The translations under genes were made by a program, and so were the position numbers. From positions 8,797,408 through 8,861,407 of the forward strand of contig OZ037771.1 in the NCBI GenBank assembly GCA_964035545.1: DNA of 64,000 nt, given 5' to 3'. The stretch comes from Bugula neritina (Eukaryota; Animalia; Bryozoa). The notes under the pieces were generated by a model. That model worked only from the letters and a program-made list of their open reading frames with translations. It was not told where the DNA came from and ran no database searches. The stretch's first letter is position 1. Each line of letters starts with the position of its first letter. This document shows positions 1 through 12,152 of the stretch, piece by piece.

Positions 1-712
1 TGTGACTATATACTATGTGACTATGTACTATGTGACTATATACTATGTGACTATATACTATGTTACTATATACTATGTGACTATGTACTATGTGACTATA
101 TACTATGTGACTATATACTATGTTACTATATACTATATACTATGTGACTATGTACTATGTGACTATGTACTATGTGACTATATACTATGTGACTATGTAC
201 TATGTGACTATATACTATGTGACTATATACTATGTTACTATATACTATGTTACTATATACTATGTGACTATATACTATGTTACTATATACTATGTGACTA
301 TATACTATGTGACTATATACTATGTGACTACATACTATGTGACTATATACTATGTTACTATATACTATGTTACTATATACTATGTGACTATATACTATGT
401 TACTATATACTATGTGACTATATACTATGTTACTATATACTATGTGACTATATACTATGTGACTATATACTATGTTACTATATACTATGTACTATGTGAC
501 TACATACTATGTGACTATATACTATGTTACTATATACTATGTTACTATATACTATGTTACTATATACTATGTTACTATATACTATGTGACTATATACTAT
601 GTGAATATATATTATGTGACTATATACTATGTAACTATATACTATGTGACTATACTATGTTACTATATACTATGTTACTATATACCATGTGACTATGTGA
701 CTATATACTATA
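1..712. repeat. 15-bp minisatellite (TATATACTATGT[G/T]AC)n, probably intronic
   Basis: Direct tandem repetition; it generates the spurious YYVTI/CDYIL ORFs. Confidence 0.95.
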
Positions 713-818
713 TGAATTTAAAACGCTCTTAGTTTTAACTGGTAGCTAGAAGTGCCTTGACTACATGGAAGACCAGTGTATCTGTATGACTGATGATGGT
801 TGTATTATTTGTTTGCAG

Positions 819-954
819 CTGGCCTTGTACGTTCTCTCCTTTCTAAACCCCAAAGATCTGCTTAGAGCTGGCCAAACCTGCCAGTACTGGAGGATGCTGG
901 CAGAAGACACGCTGCTCTGGAAACAGAAGTGCAAGGAGAGCGGGGCTGACCTTG
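819..954 (+). CDS. FBXW7: FBXW7-like coding exon (F-box); gene continues upstream of the window; join 819-954,1359-1537,1989-2102,2833-3014,3689-3809,4234-4338,4495-4705,5264-5604
   Basis: ttgcag|CTG...CTTG|gtaaca; encodes LALYVLSFLNPKDLLRAGQTCQYWRMLAEDTLLWKQKC, matching the FBXW7 F-box. All eight exons join in frame with GT-AG introns. Confidence 0.92.
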
Positions 955-1358
955 GTAACATTACTCTCTCTGAGCTGCTAGCTCCTAAACTTATGTCAAT
1001 GAGGCTATAAATGCGTGCAGTATAGTTCAGTTTAGTTCATTGATTCCCTGTTCCAGTATTTATAAAATATGGTTTTGCTTCTTTGTTCTTTGAGTATGTT
1101 TTGTATAGTTTCTTGAAACATATAGCTATCTATTTAGTCATTTTCAAATACCCACTGTATCACATATTTCTATTCACAATCTAATGTAGTAGTTGAGCAC
1201 AGAAAGTTTTTGAATTATTACCTAAATATAGAGTAGGCAACTCTCATAGTATGGGAATAATTCAACTAATAGGAATTATTTTCAAGTGTTGACTATGTTG
1301 AAGATGTGTTATTGATTCATATTAAGTTTTAGTTTGGTTTATGTATTTTATTTAAAAG

Positions 1359-1537
1359 GTTTGATATACAAGATGCAGCCAACTGCAAGAGCCAGTAGTC
1401 CTTGTCGTGTGTCTGGTGAGATGACCCCAACCCTGGAGGTGACCTCCGCAGATGACACCATAGACTGGAAGAGCATGTACTTGAGAACTCACACTATCGA
1501 GCACCACTGGAGGTGTGGTGAGGTCAAGCCTACTAAG
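1359..1537 (+). CDS. FBXW7: FBXW7-like coding exon (F-box to WD40 linker)
   Basis: taaaag|GT...AAG|gtactt; encodes ...DWKSMYLRTHTIEHHWRCGEVKPTK; phase 1 to phase 0. Confidence 0.85.
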
Positions 1538-1730
1538 GTACTTGAAGTTATGTGGTACTTGAAGTTATGTAATGGGTACTTGAAGTTATATTGGTACTTG
1601 AAGTTATGTAATGGGTACTTTAAGTTATATGGGTACTTAAAGTTATGTAATGGGTACTTGAAGTTATATTGGTACTTGAAGTTATATGGGTACTTGAAGT
1701 TATGTAATGGGTACTTGAAATTATATAATT
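1538..1730. repeat. 18-21-bp minisatellite (GTACTTGAAGTTAT...G)n starting at a splice donor
   Basis: Tandem units begin exactly at the intron GT. Confidence 0.9.
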
Positions 1731-1988
1731 GAAGTTTTATGTTTACATAATTTATTTTGTTTTAGTATCTTTATTAGTATATGCAGAGCTGATTTAGTTT
1801 GCTTTAAATAAGTTTTTGAATATTTTTGACTTGACTGCTGTAATAGATTGCGAGAAAACTTTTATATTTGTTGTTTGCATCGGCTTATCTCGTTTCCAAA
1901 TATGCTTGCAGGAAAATTTGTGGTAAAAACTTTACAATATGATAATTGTTGTTCAGCACAATATGATACAACAAGTATGTTACTGTAG

Positions 1989-2102
1989 ACGCTGAGAGGT
2001 CATGATGATCATGTCATCACCTGCCTGGAGTTCTCCGGTAATAGAATAGTTAGCGGCTCCGATGATAATACACTAAAAGTGTGGGATGTAGAAACCGGGG
2101 AG
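1989..2102 (+). CDS. FBXW7: FBXW7-like coding exon (WD40)
   Basis: ctgtag|...|gtaact; encodes [38 protein letters not shown]. Confidence 0.95.
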
Positions 2103-2207
2103 GTAACTGCATACTTTTAATATTCACCTACAATTGAGAATGTCAAAATGAAATAGATTGGTAGTTAAGTTAGTTGGAGTATAGCAAATTCGGCCAGCTT
2201 TTAGCAG

Positions 2208-2383
2208 TGGTACACTGGTACACTGGTACACTGGTACACTGGTACACTGGTACACTGGTACACTGGTACACTGGTACACTGGTACACTGGTACACTGGTA
2301 CACTGGTACACTGGTACACTGGTACACTGGTACACTGGTACACTGGTACACTGGTACACTGGTACACTGGTACACTGGTACAC
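2208..2383. repeat. 8-bp tandem repeat (TGGTACAC)22
   Basis: Perfect tandem array inside an intron. Confidence 0.95.
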
Positions 2384-2832
2384 GTATCATTTTATTGTGT
2401 ACAGTCAAGAATAATAGTTGGGTCGTTTTACTTAATTTAATACACACTCAATATCTCTAGCTTTTGGCTATTTTTCACAGTTTCGCTGCTAATATAAATA
2501 ATGTTTCCCCTAATAGAATATTAGCAAATACAACTTAATAATTAAAGTTTTTCTCTAATTTTGCTTGATGATCTATACTTTTTTCCTAATTTTTTAGATT
2601 GCAAGCACATTTCAATTACCAATATGGCTATTAAATGCATTTTATTGTTGCAGGTTTCCCTCTCAACCTTTTTTCCTCTACATATTTGTAATAATCATAA
2701 AAAATACCACAACCTGTTAAATTTTTTATAACTAACCAATTTCAATTGTTGGTCCTAGTTTGATGATGCGTACTAAATAAAGTAAATTGATCCAGTTTTT
2801 ATGTAACAACACTCGTTTATAATTCTATTCAG

Positions 2833-3014
2833 TGTGTCAGAACATTGGTTGGGCACACGGGAGGAGTTTGGTCATCTCAGATGAGAGATAATATAGTCAT
2901 AAGTGGTTCTACTGATCGCACACTCAGGGTGTGGGATACCGATACTGGTCACTGCTTACACACCTTGCATGGCCACACGTCCACAGTGCGCTGTATGCAC
3001 CTGCATGGAGATGT
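2833..3014 (+). CDS. FBXW7: FBXW7-like coding exon (WD40)
   Basis: attcag|...|gtaagt; encodes [35 protein letters not shown]...[14 protein letters not shown]. Confidence 0.95.
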
Positions 3015-3688
3015 GTAAGTATGCCACTGCCCACTAGTACCAATTCTACTAGTACTATTTCTATACTGTTAGTACCAATTCTATTAGTACTATTTCTATA
3101 CTGCTAATACCGATATTATATGTCACTGATCAAGGGGTCATTTTAGCTGAATTTCCTGCCTGCAGGTCCAAACTTGTGAAAATCTGTTGAGCAAACAATA
3201 TACCACACACAGTGAATTTCCTGCCAGAGCCGATATTTACTAGTTAATAATATTTTCGTTAAAATGTATTGCTCGCTACAGGCTTTTGATATATAACTGT
3301 TATGCTATGCAGTGAGAAGATAACTAGATATAAACACAGAAAGTGAAAAAGCTCAATTGCTGAAACTCGAAAACTTGAAATTTAAAAAGTGTGCTCACTA
3401 AATGGTAATCAGCCTATTAGATTTGCACCAACTGTACTGGCTGTTCAGCATTTTGCCCATATGACTTTCACCTGAAATCTGTACACAGCAGCTCAATATT
3501 TGACCTGTGCGCATTTTCTGCCTGTGACTGGTTTGAGAAATTAGCATCTTATGGTCCCACGATAATACTAGTGCTACTTTCAACAGTCAACCATTTTACC
3601 ACTAATACTATTGATCCTTACACTTTCTGTCATCAACACCACTGCAGTAGTGATATTTGTTACACAAGAGAGGTGTATGACTATTTAG

Positions 3689-3809
3689 AGTGGTTTCTGG
3701 GTCACGGGACGCCACGCTGAGAATGTGGAACATCACCACTGGACAGTGTATCCATGTGCTGGTTGGTCATGTGGCAGCTGTTAGATGTGTACAGTTTGAC
3801 GGTCACAAG
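3689..3809 (+). CDS. FBXW7: FBXW7-like coding exon (WD40)
   Basis: atttag|...|gtgagt; encodes [40 protein letters not shown]. Confidence 0.95.
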
Positions 3810-4233
3810 GTGAGTTAGTCAGTTCCTCACCAAGTATTCTCTCACTGCATGGACATCTAATCGAGAGTGTGATTGTACCTACATTGTTCCATATTGGTAA
3901 TTTTGATGGAAGATTGTGCAAACTGCTCCATAGGTCATACTAGCTTCATATTTGAATATTTCTTTCTGTAAACATGGCTGAAGCAGCTCCTTTATCTTCT
4001 AGTTTAGACAGCATTTGAAACTCTGATGAATTGGATATACAATATTTCTATTTACTGGCCTTCTCTCTAATACTCTGGCATATAATTGAACTAGTGACAA
4101 TACTTCAAATTTAACAAAGATGTTTGCCCCTGTGTATTACTAGACATTATAACTACCTTGGCATCTCTACCATTTCTATTTGCTGCTTATTACAAAGTAG
4201 GTCATAATAACTGCTGCCTATGCTATGACGCAG

Positions 4234-4338
4234 GTTGTGAGTGGAGCTTATGACTACACTGTGCGAGTGTGGGACCCTGTTACACATGCCTGTATACACG
4301 TACTGCGCGGACACACTAACCGAGTCTACTCCCTGCAG
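4234..4338 (+). CDS. FBXW7: FBXW7-like coding exon (WD40)
   Basis: acgcag|...|gttagc; encodes VVSGAYDYTVRVWDPVTHACIHVLRGHTNRVYSLQ. Confidence 0.95.
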
Positions 4339-4494
4339 GTTAGCTCATATTCTCCATGGCTAGCTGGTTAATAAAACAGTACTCTGATGTGTATGCTCGT
4401 CAGCTCTTTGTTTGTGTTTATTTGCTGACTGAAGTTGACACTGGTCTCACTTGTGTCTTGCAGCTCGGTTCTCACTGTTGAACTGTTGTTGTAG

Positions 4495-4705
4495 TTTGAT
4501 GGAAAGCATATAGTCAGTGGTTCCCTAGACACATCTATCAGGGTTTGGGACGTAGACACGGGCACCTGCTTGCACACCCTCACCGGGCACCAGAGTCTCA
4601 CCAGTGGCATGGAGATACAAGATGGCTTGCTTGTTTCTGGTAATGCTGACTCTACAGTGAAGGTGTGGGACATTCATACAGGCACCTGCTTACAGACGCT
4701 TACAG
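4495..4705 (+). CDS. FBXW7: FBXW7-like coding exon (WD40)
   Basis: ttgtag|...|gtgtgt; encodes FDGKHIVSGSLDTSIRVWD...GHQSLTSGME...VSGNADSTVKVWD. Confidence 0.95.
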
Positions 4706-5263
4706 GTGTGTAACAGTTAGATGTGTGTGCGCCACTCTACTCTGTTTGAACTGCATTTTTCTTGAACTGTGTATTGCTAGGCTTGTTTGAACTTCTAGTA
4801 AGGACCAGTGCTAATTGTAATATTCTGGTAGTGTTTTATTTTATTGATATACACAGTGTTCTACTGGACATGTACAACACATGTCTACTCAATATTTTGT
4901 TACTCTCGCTGTGATAAGAGATGGCTGTATACCAAGCATTGGGACAATATTTTACATGATGAGGTCAGTGATTCACTCGACTTGTGGCCCGATATTCTGT
5001 CCTTGACCTTTTTTACTTTTAGTGACGTAGCTGATCTGCACTAGAAACACATTGGCCTGGTTGTAGTCATTGCTATAGGAACATTAGCACTTCCTTTCTA
5101 CATGCCTGCTATTTTATGCCATCTTTATTCAAACAGGTTCCTTGCTAATTATTTTGGTGCCTAATGTGGTTTTTATAGGAATTTATTGAAGCCCAATTTT
5201 GGTTAACCACACTTTCCCTGTCTGTCTGTCTATCTACATGTCTGTCTGTCTGCTCGTCTGTAG

Positions 5264-5604
5264 GTGCTCACAAACACCAGGGAGCCGTCACTTGCTTGCA
5301 GTTCACTAGAAAGTTTGTCATCACATCATCTGATGATGGAACAGTGAAGTTATGGTCCCTGCAGACTGGAGAGTTTATACGTAACCTTGTCTCTCTCGAC
5401 AGCGGCGGATCAGGAGGCGTGGTCTGGAGGGTGAAAGCCGACAGCACGCTTCTCGTCTGCGCGTCGGGCAGCAGAAATGGCACTGAAGACACAAAGCTCC
5501 TTGTACTTGACTTTGGATTGAAATCTTGTCAGAAAAACTTTTTAACTGCAACTAGTCACGTTACTCAGCCATTGACAGCCAACTCAAACTTTTCTACCAG
5601 CTGA
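5264..5604 (+). CDS. FBXW7: FBXW7-like terminal coding exon
   Basis: ctgtag|; encodes AHKHQGAVTCLQFTRKFVITSSDDGTVKLW...SGGSGGVVWR...GSRNGTEDTKLLVLDF, then about 30 extra residues and TGA. Confidence 0.95.
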
Positions 5605-6790
5605 TAGATGCCAGTTAGTCACAACTCTTCATAGAGCAGCAGATATTCATTGCTGACTCTTCAGCCTTCGTGATTTAACTCATCCTACAGTCTCTTCTTC
5701 ATACTTGTTACGTCTCCCCTCTCTTGCCACGCATATCCAATAAACAGTAACAGTATTACTCACTGCTTACTACTAGTCACACACAATATCGGCATACCTA
5801 TCGCCCGCTTGCTCTCTCATCTACCTTTTCTTTGCCTCTTATTGTTATCTTATTTTATAACTGCTGTCTGTGTATTCTGTAGTCATATTCCTTTGAAAAT
5901 TTCTCTGAAGTTATATCAACATTGGAGACAGAAAGTTTCTGGTGCTAGTCTATCACCCAATATCTTTTCTATTTTTAGCATGTCCCCAAATTTGTTTTCT
6001 TTTGCAATCCATCTTTTAGCATAATAAAATGACAACACAAGCTCTCGGTTTCTCTCAGCACTAATGTTTTATAATAGAGAGCAGTTATTTATGAATCTTA
6101 TTCGCCAAATTTGTTTCCGCACCGTAGTTCTGCCTGTTTTGAAATAAGCATTTTGTACTTTTTTATCAGTCAAATGATCCTAATAAATATACACCAAACA
6201 AATTAGTAAACGATAAATTTTGCAGAAACCACATGTTTTTAATCAAAATACCAAAGCAAAAGGAACTGGTAAGAAAGTTGCAGACTCACATATATAGGCA
6301 TATATTTTTGTCATAAAAAAGTCATTAAACCTAAAAATAACACTCTTGTACTAATAGAAAAAAAACTATGCTGTATTATTTTCACAGTTGTTTCTGTAAG
6401 TATTTGCTTTGAAATATGCATATTGATCAGCGGCTATATAAACTAAAGTAAATTCCTCAATTTAATGATTGCAACTACATGCTCAATACACTACAAATAT
6501 TTGTATGGAAACCATTAAAACAATATTTTACTGGCGAAGCAGCCAATTGTTGATTTTCTTATGGTAGTGCATGCATTTGGAAGACATGAATGCTTTTAGC
6601 ATCAACAATTGAAAGGATCACATTCTTGGGGTGATTCACATTGCTGAAAATCTTTAGCTGTTTTCACAAAGAGATAGAGCTGAGGCATTTGAGATCTACG
6701 ACAGCGTTTACTGTTATACTTTATTAGAGCCATATAATTTGCATATTTAAATTTAGCAGTCTGTGACTCTTGAAACATGTGACATACAGA

Positions 6791-6842
6791 ATGCTAACAT
6801 TTCTATTATATCTGCTGGCTTGTGTAACCACATTCTCAGTGG
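6791..6842 (+). CDS. Ig-superfamily gene, first coding exon (signal peptide)
   Basis: ATG...GG|gtaagt; encodes hydrophobic MLTFLLYLLACVTTFSV; phase 1 matches the next exon. Confidence 0.7.
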
Positions 6843-7377
6843 GTAAGTAAAATCTAATTTAGACACCTTATAGTCTAAATTACATATATTTACACAGTGA
6901 TGAACATTTCAAAAATATTCATATATGTATATTATATTACATAGAGTAGGCAACCTGTTCACTAAGGAGTGGCAGCTCCCCCCTTAACATTAGATGATAT
7001 AACATTTTACTTATTAGATCATTAATTGAGCATATGATGATAATTTTAAATAGTAGTTTGATCAATTAAACAATATCTTCACATGTCATTCAACTTCAAC
7101 TAGGTAGCCTACTGAAATTTATAGTGAAGCATTTTAATATCCAGTTGCTGAACTAGGTTTAACTTGTTTGGCTTGTTTAATATGCCGATGCAAAATTTAA
7201 CACAAATTATATCAACCACTGCTGTTATGAATCTCATTGGTTTTTTTTAAAGAGAAACGAAAATTTTTTTGTTAAATATAATTGGCAGCAGTAAATTGCT
7301 CAATTCACACAGCTCGCATTAGGATAATACAAGTATTTATTGTATGAAGATATAATTTTTTTACCATGTAAGGTAAA

Positions 7378-7634
7378 GATGTCACGGGTAAAAACGGCAC
7401 AAATGGAATAGTAAGTGAAAATGGTACATTTTGGAGATTTAGGTTTGAGGCAAGGGGTTGAGGACTTGGGACAGGGGTTTAGGTTTGAGAAAGGAGGCTG
7501 AGTTTGGGGTGGGGGTGTGGGATGATTATATTGGAGTTTGGGGGTGAGGTTTGGGAAGATTTAACATCATTGTTTTTCTTTACCTACTTTTCAATTTGTG
7601 CCATTTTTTTCTGCGCCATTTTTACTGGACACCC
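7378..7634. mobile_element. MITE-like insert with imperfect terminal inverted repeats and a G/T-rich core
   Basis: GGTAAAAACGGCACAAA at the left is mirrored by TTTGTGCCATTTTT...GCGCCATTTTTACTGGACA at the right; boundaries approximate. Confidence 0.45.
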
Positions 7635-7755
7635 ATCCTGAGAAGTGCCATTGTGGGGAAGGCTTTTGAACACAAAACATCATAAATAAACATGTGAAAA
7701 GCAGTTGTTGCTGGATTACTTTTGAATGTTGCTCTACTAAGCTTCTGTTTGACAG

Positions 7756-8163
7756 GACAACACCACGGATTGCCAGAGATACGCACATTTACCTTTATCC
7801 AATCTCAAGATTCAAAAGTAGAAATGAAAACGAGTTTAGATTTTTACCAGGTTCTCAAAAATCGACATGCGAACCTCAAAAAAAATAATGTGTTATCCTG
7901 TGGCGCTATAAATGCACACACTATTCGTTGGCATTTTAAAAGAAAGTTGGAAGACGAATTTAGTGATACGCTACCAGAAGGGTGGGATATTAAAGATTTA
8001 ATCCAAGTTAACACTGATGCTCAATTAGATATAGGATTACATAACATCAACGGACCCCAGTACCAGGATTTAGTTCCTGCTGAAGGATACTATAGATGCT
8101 CGGCATCATCAATAAATGGGAGTCACGTTGCCATATCTGGCACTGTGCATCTTGTAGCTCCAG
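7756..8163 (+). CDS. Ig-superfamily gene exon 2 (Ig domain 1, neuroglian/L1/contactin-like)
   Basis: tgacag|GA...CCAG|gtagtg, phase 1-1; carries the Ig C-W-YxC signature in LSC...IRW...EGYYRCSASSING...AISGTVHL. Confidence 0.8.
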
Positions 8164-8185
8164 GTAGTGTATTATAAACTTTATC

Positions 8186-8530
8186 TTGTAGTTGTACTGT
8201 AGTCGTGTTGTAGTTGTACTGTAGTCGTGTTGTAGTTGTACTGTAGTTGTGTTGTAGTTGTACTGTAGTTGTGTTGTAGTTGTACTGTAGTCGTGTTGTA
8301 GTTGTACTGTAGTTGTGTTGTAGTTGTACTGTAGTTGTGTTCTAGTTGTACTGTAGTTGTGTTCTAGTTGTACTGTAATTGTGTTCTAGTTGTACTGTAG
8401 TTGTGTTGTAGTTGTACTGTAGTTGTGTTCTAGTTGTACTGTAGTTGTGTTGTAGTTGCATTGAGATATATATTGTAGTTGTGTTGTAAATTTATGTTAC
8501 AGTTGTACTGTAGTTGCGTTTTAGTTGTAT
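8186..8530. repeat. 22-bp minisatellite (dimer of 11-mers, TGTAGTTGTAC/TGTAGTYGTGT)
   Basis: Direct tandem repetition just downstream of exon 2. Confidence 0.9.
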
Positions 8531-8927
8531 TGTAGTAGTATATATTGTAAAAGTAGCTGTTTACAATTGTATTTTAACTAATTTGTATGCATTTTTTATT
8601 CAATAGTTTTTGTTATACATTGCTCTGTTGTTAATTTAGAGTTATGCCCACTATGAATTCATATCCTTGAGCTTTATAAAAATATTGAAGTTGAACTGTG
8701 GTGTAAAACCCAGCTATATACTAAAAAGTTGCTACTTCAAATAATAAAAGTTTAAATAAAGACGCACATATTAGTATTGCTATGAACATCTTATAAGAAA
8801 ACGGAATTAAATTCTAAAAGATAAAAACGTTGAAACAAATTTATTTTGAGATATTTTATTTAGTGAGCAATGCTGCAGTCGTAGATAAAAACATACCCCA
8901 TTATTCAGAAAGCTCTTGCAAAGTTTC

Positions 8928-11503
8928 CACAGTTGGTTTAAGGTCATACTTTTCATTTTCTGGCTCTTTGCCAGGTGCTTTATGTTCTATATGAACAATG
9001 TTCCACTGATAGCTCGAACAGGTTGAATGTCACAGGAACAAAAAAAATATAAAAAGATAAAGAAACTTATGTTCTCCAATATACTTTTTTATTTTTTTCA
9101 AAAGCCAATTCATGTTTAAGTTATAGCTTGTTGAAAAACATAGTCCCCCTTCCACATTCTTTTCAATTTATACGCTCCTGACTTGTTATTGTGTCTCAAT
9201 ATGCCTTGTATTTGAGTGCTTGTTAGTCTCGCTTCACTAACTTTGCCTATACTTCACAAGTGCCAGTGCTGCTGGCTCAAAAGCTAAATGTTATAAACTG
9301 TCAGCTAAAACCCAATCTTGTATTCCTAGGTTGGTTGGCCTAAATAAAACAATAGTCAAATCATGATTTCATGTTTTAAAAATTTACTCTATTCTAACCT
9401 GCTGCCTAGCTAGTTCTATTTTTGATGTATAATTACAAAATTTGTGATACATTTTTTTGGCAACCATGTAATTTATAAAATGCAGTAATGGTACTTATAA
9501 TATTATATTATTATCATTATAATATATTATATAGTATTATGTGTGTTTTTATTATCCTGCATAATATCTAATTTATTATTGTTGTTGTGCAAACAAGTGC
9601 AATTAACCTAGTTTTCAAAATGTACCTCTAAATTATCAGAATATCAGTTTAGATATTTTCATGCTTTGTAAGGTAAACCTAAAAAAAGAGGCTGTATTCC
9701 CAAAGTAAAGGGTGTTGAACTATGAACTATATTAGATTAGCCACTCTGCTACCAAGTGCATCAGTATAATATTATATGAATAGCTCTGATGCTTTGTCTC
9801 CGGTGGCTGGCTGCGATATGATAACTTGGCCAACTTCCAAGAGTTTAAAATTGGCGCAATTATTCAAGAGGTTACATACTGCACAGAGCTAGCAGTGATA
9901 GTAACCTTGCTATTGGCAGTACTTATTACAACTGCCAGCATATAAGCTGCATTGTAGAATGCCGTTGGGGCAGGCTAGTAAAACCAAATTCTGCTCTCTA
10001 ATATACCTTAGACAAAATGCAGCAACATAATTTTTAGTTTCAAATTACATTTGCCACCCTTACATGAGCTGTGGGCTTCATAAAGATTCATATGATTAGA
10101 GATTTATGCTATAGGCCCTATCTGTGCTAGTGTATGATGAAAATAACACACCATTGTCAAAGTTAACTTCAAGTATGTTGTTTTCCAGAAACTCAGTAAT
10201 GTCCATTTATCTCTCGCATACAAATACTTATGTAATACCATACAGTTTAAGTTTTATTTTAGAGCACATCTGCAAACTCTACAATAAGAGCTTGCTTTAC
10301 CAGTCTATTTCAGACCTGTTTTTGTAGCTAGTAATACGCAAGCTACTTATTTTTAAACTTTTGGGTTATTTGTTCAAAACCATTAGCTTTGCTAGTAACC
10401 CGAGACTATTGCAACAGTTGACTGCTATCAACATGAATTGACAGCCTAATAATTATAACCCTTTTGCGCGCGAAATATTTATGTAATGATAGTTACTCAT
10501 ATAGGGCGCGTCTTATTAACGATGACTGCGTGGTCTAGAGGTTAGAGGCGTCGGCGAGGAGTTAGTAGGTTATGGTTCAACCCTGTTTTGTCACAATTTT
10601 TTTTTGTAAACTTATGCAAATCCTACGCATGTATAATAAATATGGCTATAATTGTAAAGTTTTTTTTAACTTTTGTTCAACAGTAAGACAACATACATGC
10701 ATAATAATTAGATACTGAACACTGGACTAAACCTTAAATTGATCTTATAGAATACAATGTACTTAAAATAATCATATGTGAATTAGAGAAACTGAAAGTA
10801 CACCTGCTGCTCTATAGACAGACCTTTACTGACAAGACTGCAAAGTGAAGTGATTTAGCTGAAATTAACTCTGCCAAACAAACAAAGAATTATGTTGTGC
10901 TGAGGCATTTTCAATATATTATTGTAACATAGTGAGATGATTCAGCTAAGTGCTAATGTAAAACAGGGAACATTATATTGGCAGAAATCCAATAGACTGC
11001 CAATTTGTGCGAGAGGGTACTATATGTTATTGTGATAGCGCAGAGCGGCAAACGTACTAGGAATGTTATAATTGGTCACAGGAGCGTAGCTAGAACCACC
11101 ATATGAAGAATTTAGAAAATTGCAGTGAAACTTGCAAAATGGTGTATGTTTTTACCAAATTGTGAAGAGCATAAACAGAATTTCAAAAAACAAAGAAAGT
11201 ATATTAGAGAAAACATATCAAGGAATGTCAAGTTTAACTTTTAGACTTTATAAAATGAATCCCCTGTGCTACAGCAGTGGAACATGGAGGGTGTAAAATT
11301 TTACTTATTATGCAACAACTTTCTCAAAAAAATTTTTATTGAAAAATTAAAAAAGTATATGAAAGAGGAATGCAAGAGCTATCTTTTCATGTAAAATTTG
11401 TTAATGTGAGACAAAAACTGTTCGAGCTATCCCCTGGAAACCGTTTATATATAACATAAAGCAGTGCCTGAATCTGGAAAGTAATGACCTTAAACCAACT
11501 GTG
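8928..11503 (+). mobile_element. Non-autonomous DNA transposon with CACAG...CTGTG termini (CMC/EnSpm-like), copy 1
   Basis: TIR CACAGTTGGTTTAAGGTCAT at 8928 and its reverse complement ATGACCTTAAACCAACTGTG ending at 11503; 2-bp TC duplication; no transposase ORF. Superfamily is inferred from termini and TSD length. Confidence 0.8.
10524..10605 (+). other. tRNA-derived Pol III-like unit (A box, B box, oligo-T) inside the DNA transposon
   Basis: TGGTCTAGAGG (A-box-like, 10531), GGTTCAACCC (B-box-like, 10574), T9 at 10597; cloverleaf not intact. Confidence 0.5.
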
Positions 11504-11619
11504 TCAGTTTTATCATCAATTAATCTTTTGTAACTTTGTTGGATTCACAATACGAGATTGTGAAAACAAAATAGATAACTTTGTGTATAGTGAAATTCGC
11601 ATGAGGCAGCTGTTAATAC

Positions 11620-11819
11620 TGTAGTGAAAATCCACATCAATAATATATAATATGAGAGATTTGTCTTTTCTAAAGTTTTTTTTATTTATTTTTCATGTTA
11701 ATAGAATGAAATTATGTAATTTGATCCTGTCTGAAAGTCGGAACAAAGTCCGATGTCGGGCTCCGAAGATTGGAATAAATTTCAATGTCGGAGTCCGATG
11801 TCGGAAGGAGTTGCAATAT
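11620..11819 (+). mobile_element. Solo LTR A, 5' part (split by the Gypsy-1 insertion)
   Basis: Starts TGTAGTGA after ATAC; U3 contains CCGA/TCGG repeats; resumes at 19403. Confidence 0.75.
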
Positions 11820-12091
11820 TGTAGTGAGGACGTAATACGCGCGTGCCCGCATTCCTTCAGCCTATCCAAGTGCGTCACGTGATAGGCCTTAGTTAGTAGT
11901 AGTTTTGCAAGAGAGAGAGCGTGCTAACTAAGCGAAGATGTAATCTCTAATCTGTGTACGAGCTGTATCTTTTATATAATTAGTAGTAAATAAACGTTGG
12001 AAGCTTTTACCTAAATACTTTATTGGTGTAGATAAATAGACATAATTACAAAGCTAGGAACCCACGCATAGTAGTTACACAAATTACTACA
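11820..12091 (+). repeat. Gypsy-1 5' LTR
   Basis: Direct repeat of 19127-19398 with TG...CA termini. Confidence 0.97.
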
Positions 12092-12092
12092 G

Positions 12093-12110
12093 TGGTGGCA
12101 GCAGTGGGAT
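12093..12110 (+). promoter_or_regulatory. Primer-binding site complementary to tRNA-Leu
   Basis: TGGTGGCAGCAGTGGGAT; near-perfect complement of the animal tRNA-Leu(AAG/UAG) 3' end. Confidence 0.9.
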
Positions 12111-12152
12111 TTCTAGCTACTGTATTAGAACAATGAGAAGTATTAGAACATC

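Noticed and set aside
2-732. Long repetitive ORFs (YYVTI, CDYIL)
   Set aside because: Translations of a 15-bp minisatellite; no sign of real coding.
2124-2447. Repetitive ORFs and CRISPR-like periodicity
   Set aside because: Pure 8-bp tandem repeat without spacers, inside a eukaryotic intron.
10524-10593. Functional tRNA gene
   Set aside because: Acceptor and anticodon stems do not pair properly, and it lies within a transposon.
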